From the NCBI GenBank assembly GCA_944385435.1, contig CALWXG010000002.1, positions 18,806 through 82,805 on the forward strand: a DNA stretch of 64,000 nt, given 5' to 3'. The first letter of the stretch is position 1. Every line of letters starts with the position of its first letter. A program made the position numbers and the translations under genes. The notes beneath the pieces were generated by a model, which was given only the letters and a program-made list of their open reading frames with translations, searched no databases and was not told the origin of the DNA. Of this stretch, positions 63,783-64,000 are shown one piece after another. This stretch comes from an uncultured Oscillospiraceae bacterium. GTDB taxonomy: Bacteria > Bacillota > Clostridia > Oscillospirales > Oscillospiraceae.

Positions 63783-64000
63783 TTACATGAATTTTGCGCC
63801 CCACATCCCGCACCAGGGGTCAACGGGGGACCGGCCGGAAAATTCGCTCTTGCCCAGCAGCTTGTCCACCACAGCCTCCACACAGAAGGAGCTGGAGGAA
63901 TAGCAGTTGACAAAGGTGCTGATGTACGGCACGTCCACCATGTGATAGGGATTGCAGAAGCTGAGGAACAGGGTGGGAATGTCCTTGCCGTACCAGGGCT
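63783..64000 (-). CDS. C-terminal fragment of a glycoside-hydrolase-like protein (GH3-like tail), gene runs off the right edge
   Basis: Hand translation gives ...PWYGKDIPTLFLSFCNPYHMVDVPYISTFVNCYSSSSFCVEAVVDKLLGKSEFSGRSPVDPWCGMWGAKFM*. The pattern (NPY...Y....A....L.G...F.G..PV) resembles GH3 C-termini. The assignment is tentative. Confidence 0.4.
   Translation of the reverse strand, partial: PWYGKDIPTLFLSFCNPYHMVDVPYISTFVNCYSSSSFCVEAVVDKLLGKSEFSGRSPVDPWCGMWGAKFM

Overview
This is a high-GC chromosomal segment of Clostridia type from a spore-former. By gene content and style it may belong to an Oscillospiraceae-like lineage, but that is inference only. I support about 70 protein genes, one tRNA-Arg(ACG), one RNase P RNA, and a set of promoter and terminator calls.

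Gene order, left to right:
- MATE/AraC pair; scpA-scpB-DUF2953-ytfJ; a DacB-type carboxypeptidase; rluB; RpiR; a BaiN-like flavoprotein.
- cmk-plsC-ispH::rpsA; a DUF362 Fe-S protein; an SLH-anchored M3-like peptidase; an XRE/ABC exporter pair; deoC.
- An orphan Spo0A C-domain gene; a ZIP transporter; a split SleC-like cortex-lytic operon; rex plus an SLH protein.
- tRNA-Arg followed by a 1.3-kb AT-rich islet; a TetR-containing flavodoxin/DUF362/ADH/AKR redox cluster; a YtrA-type GntR-ABC module; rubrerythrin.
- pyrC-pyrF-(Zn-ribbon ORF)-pyrK-pyrD-(histidine phosphatase::GNAT); rnpB.
- murD followed by three M42 peptidases, ynbB-like, yunB, ligA, an aminotransferase and a nuclease.
- A 5'-truncated cotJC-like remnant; yaaA; a UvrD-like helicase; a lone large serine recombinase; and a GH78/esterase/pgmB/GH3-like sugar cluster.

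The most unusual items are:
- the islet bracketed by 46-bp perfect direct repeats of the tRNA-Arg 3' end, which carries a frameshifted RHH gene coupled to a Uma2 nuclease and has no integrase;
- an uncharacterised double zinc-ribbon ORF translationally coupled inside the pyr operon;
- the truncated Mn-catalase gene near an orphan serine recombinase;
- an exported lipoprotein flavodoxin inside a TetR-controlled redox cluster.

No CRISPR array, rRNA or transposase was seen. Many very long ORFs in the track are antisense shadows of real genes, as is typical of GC-rich DNA. ORF-track coordinates include the stop codon. Several starts were moved downstream to start codons preceded by Shine-Dalgarno (SD, ribosome-binding) sequences.
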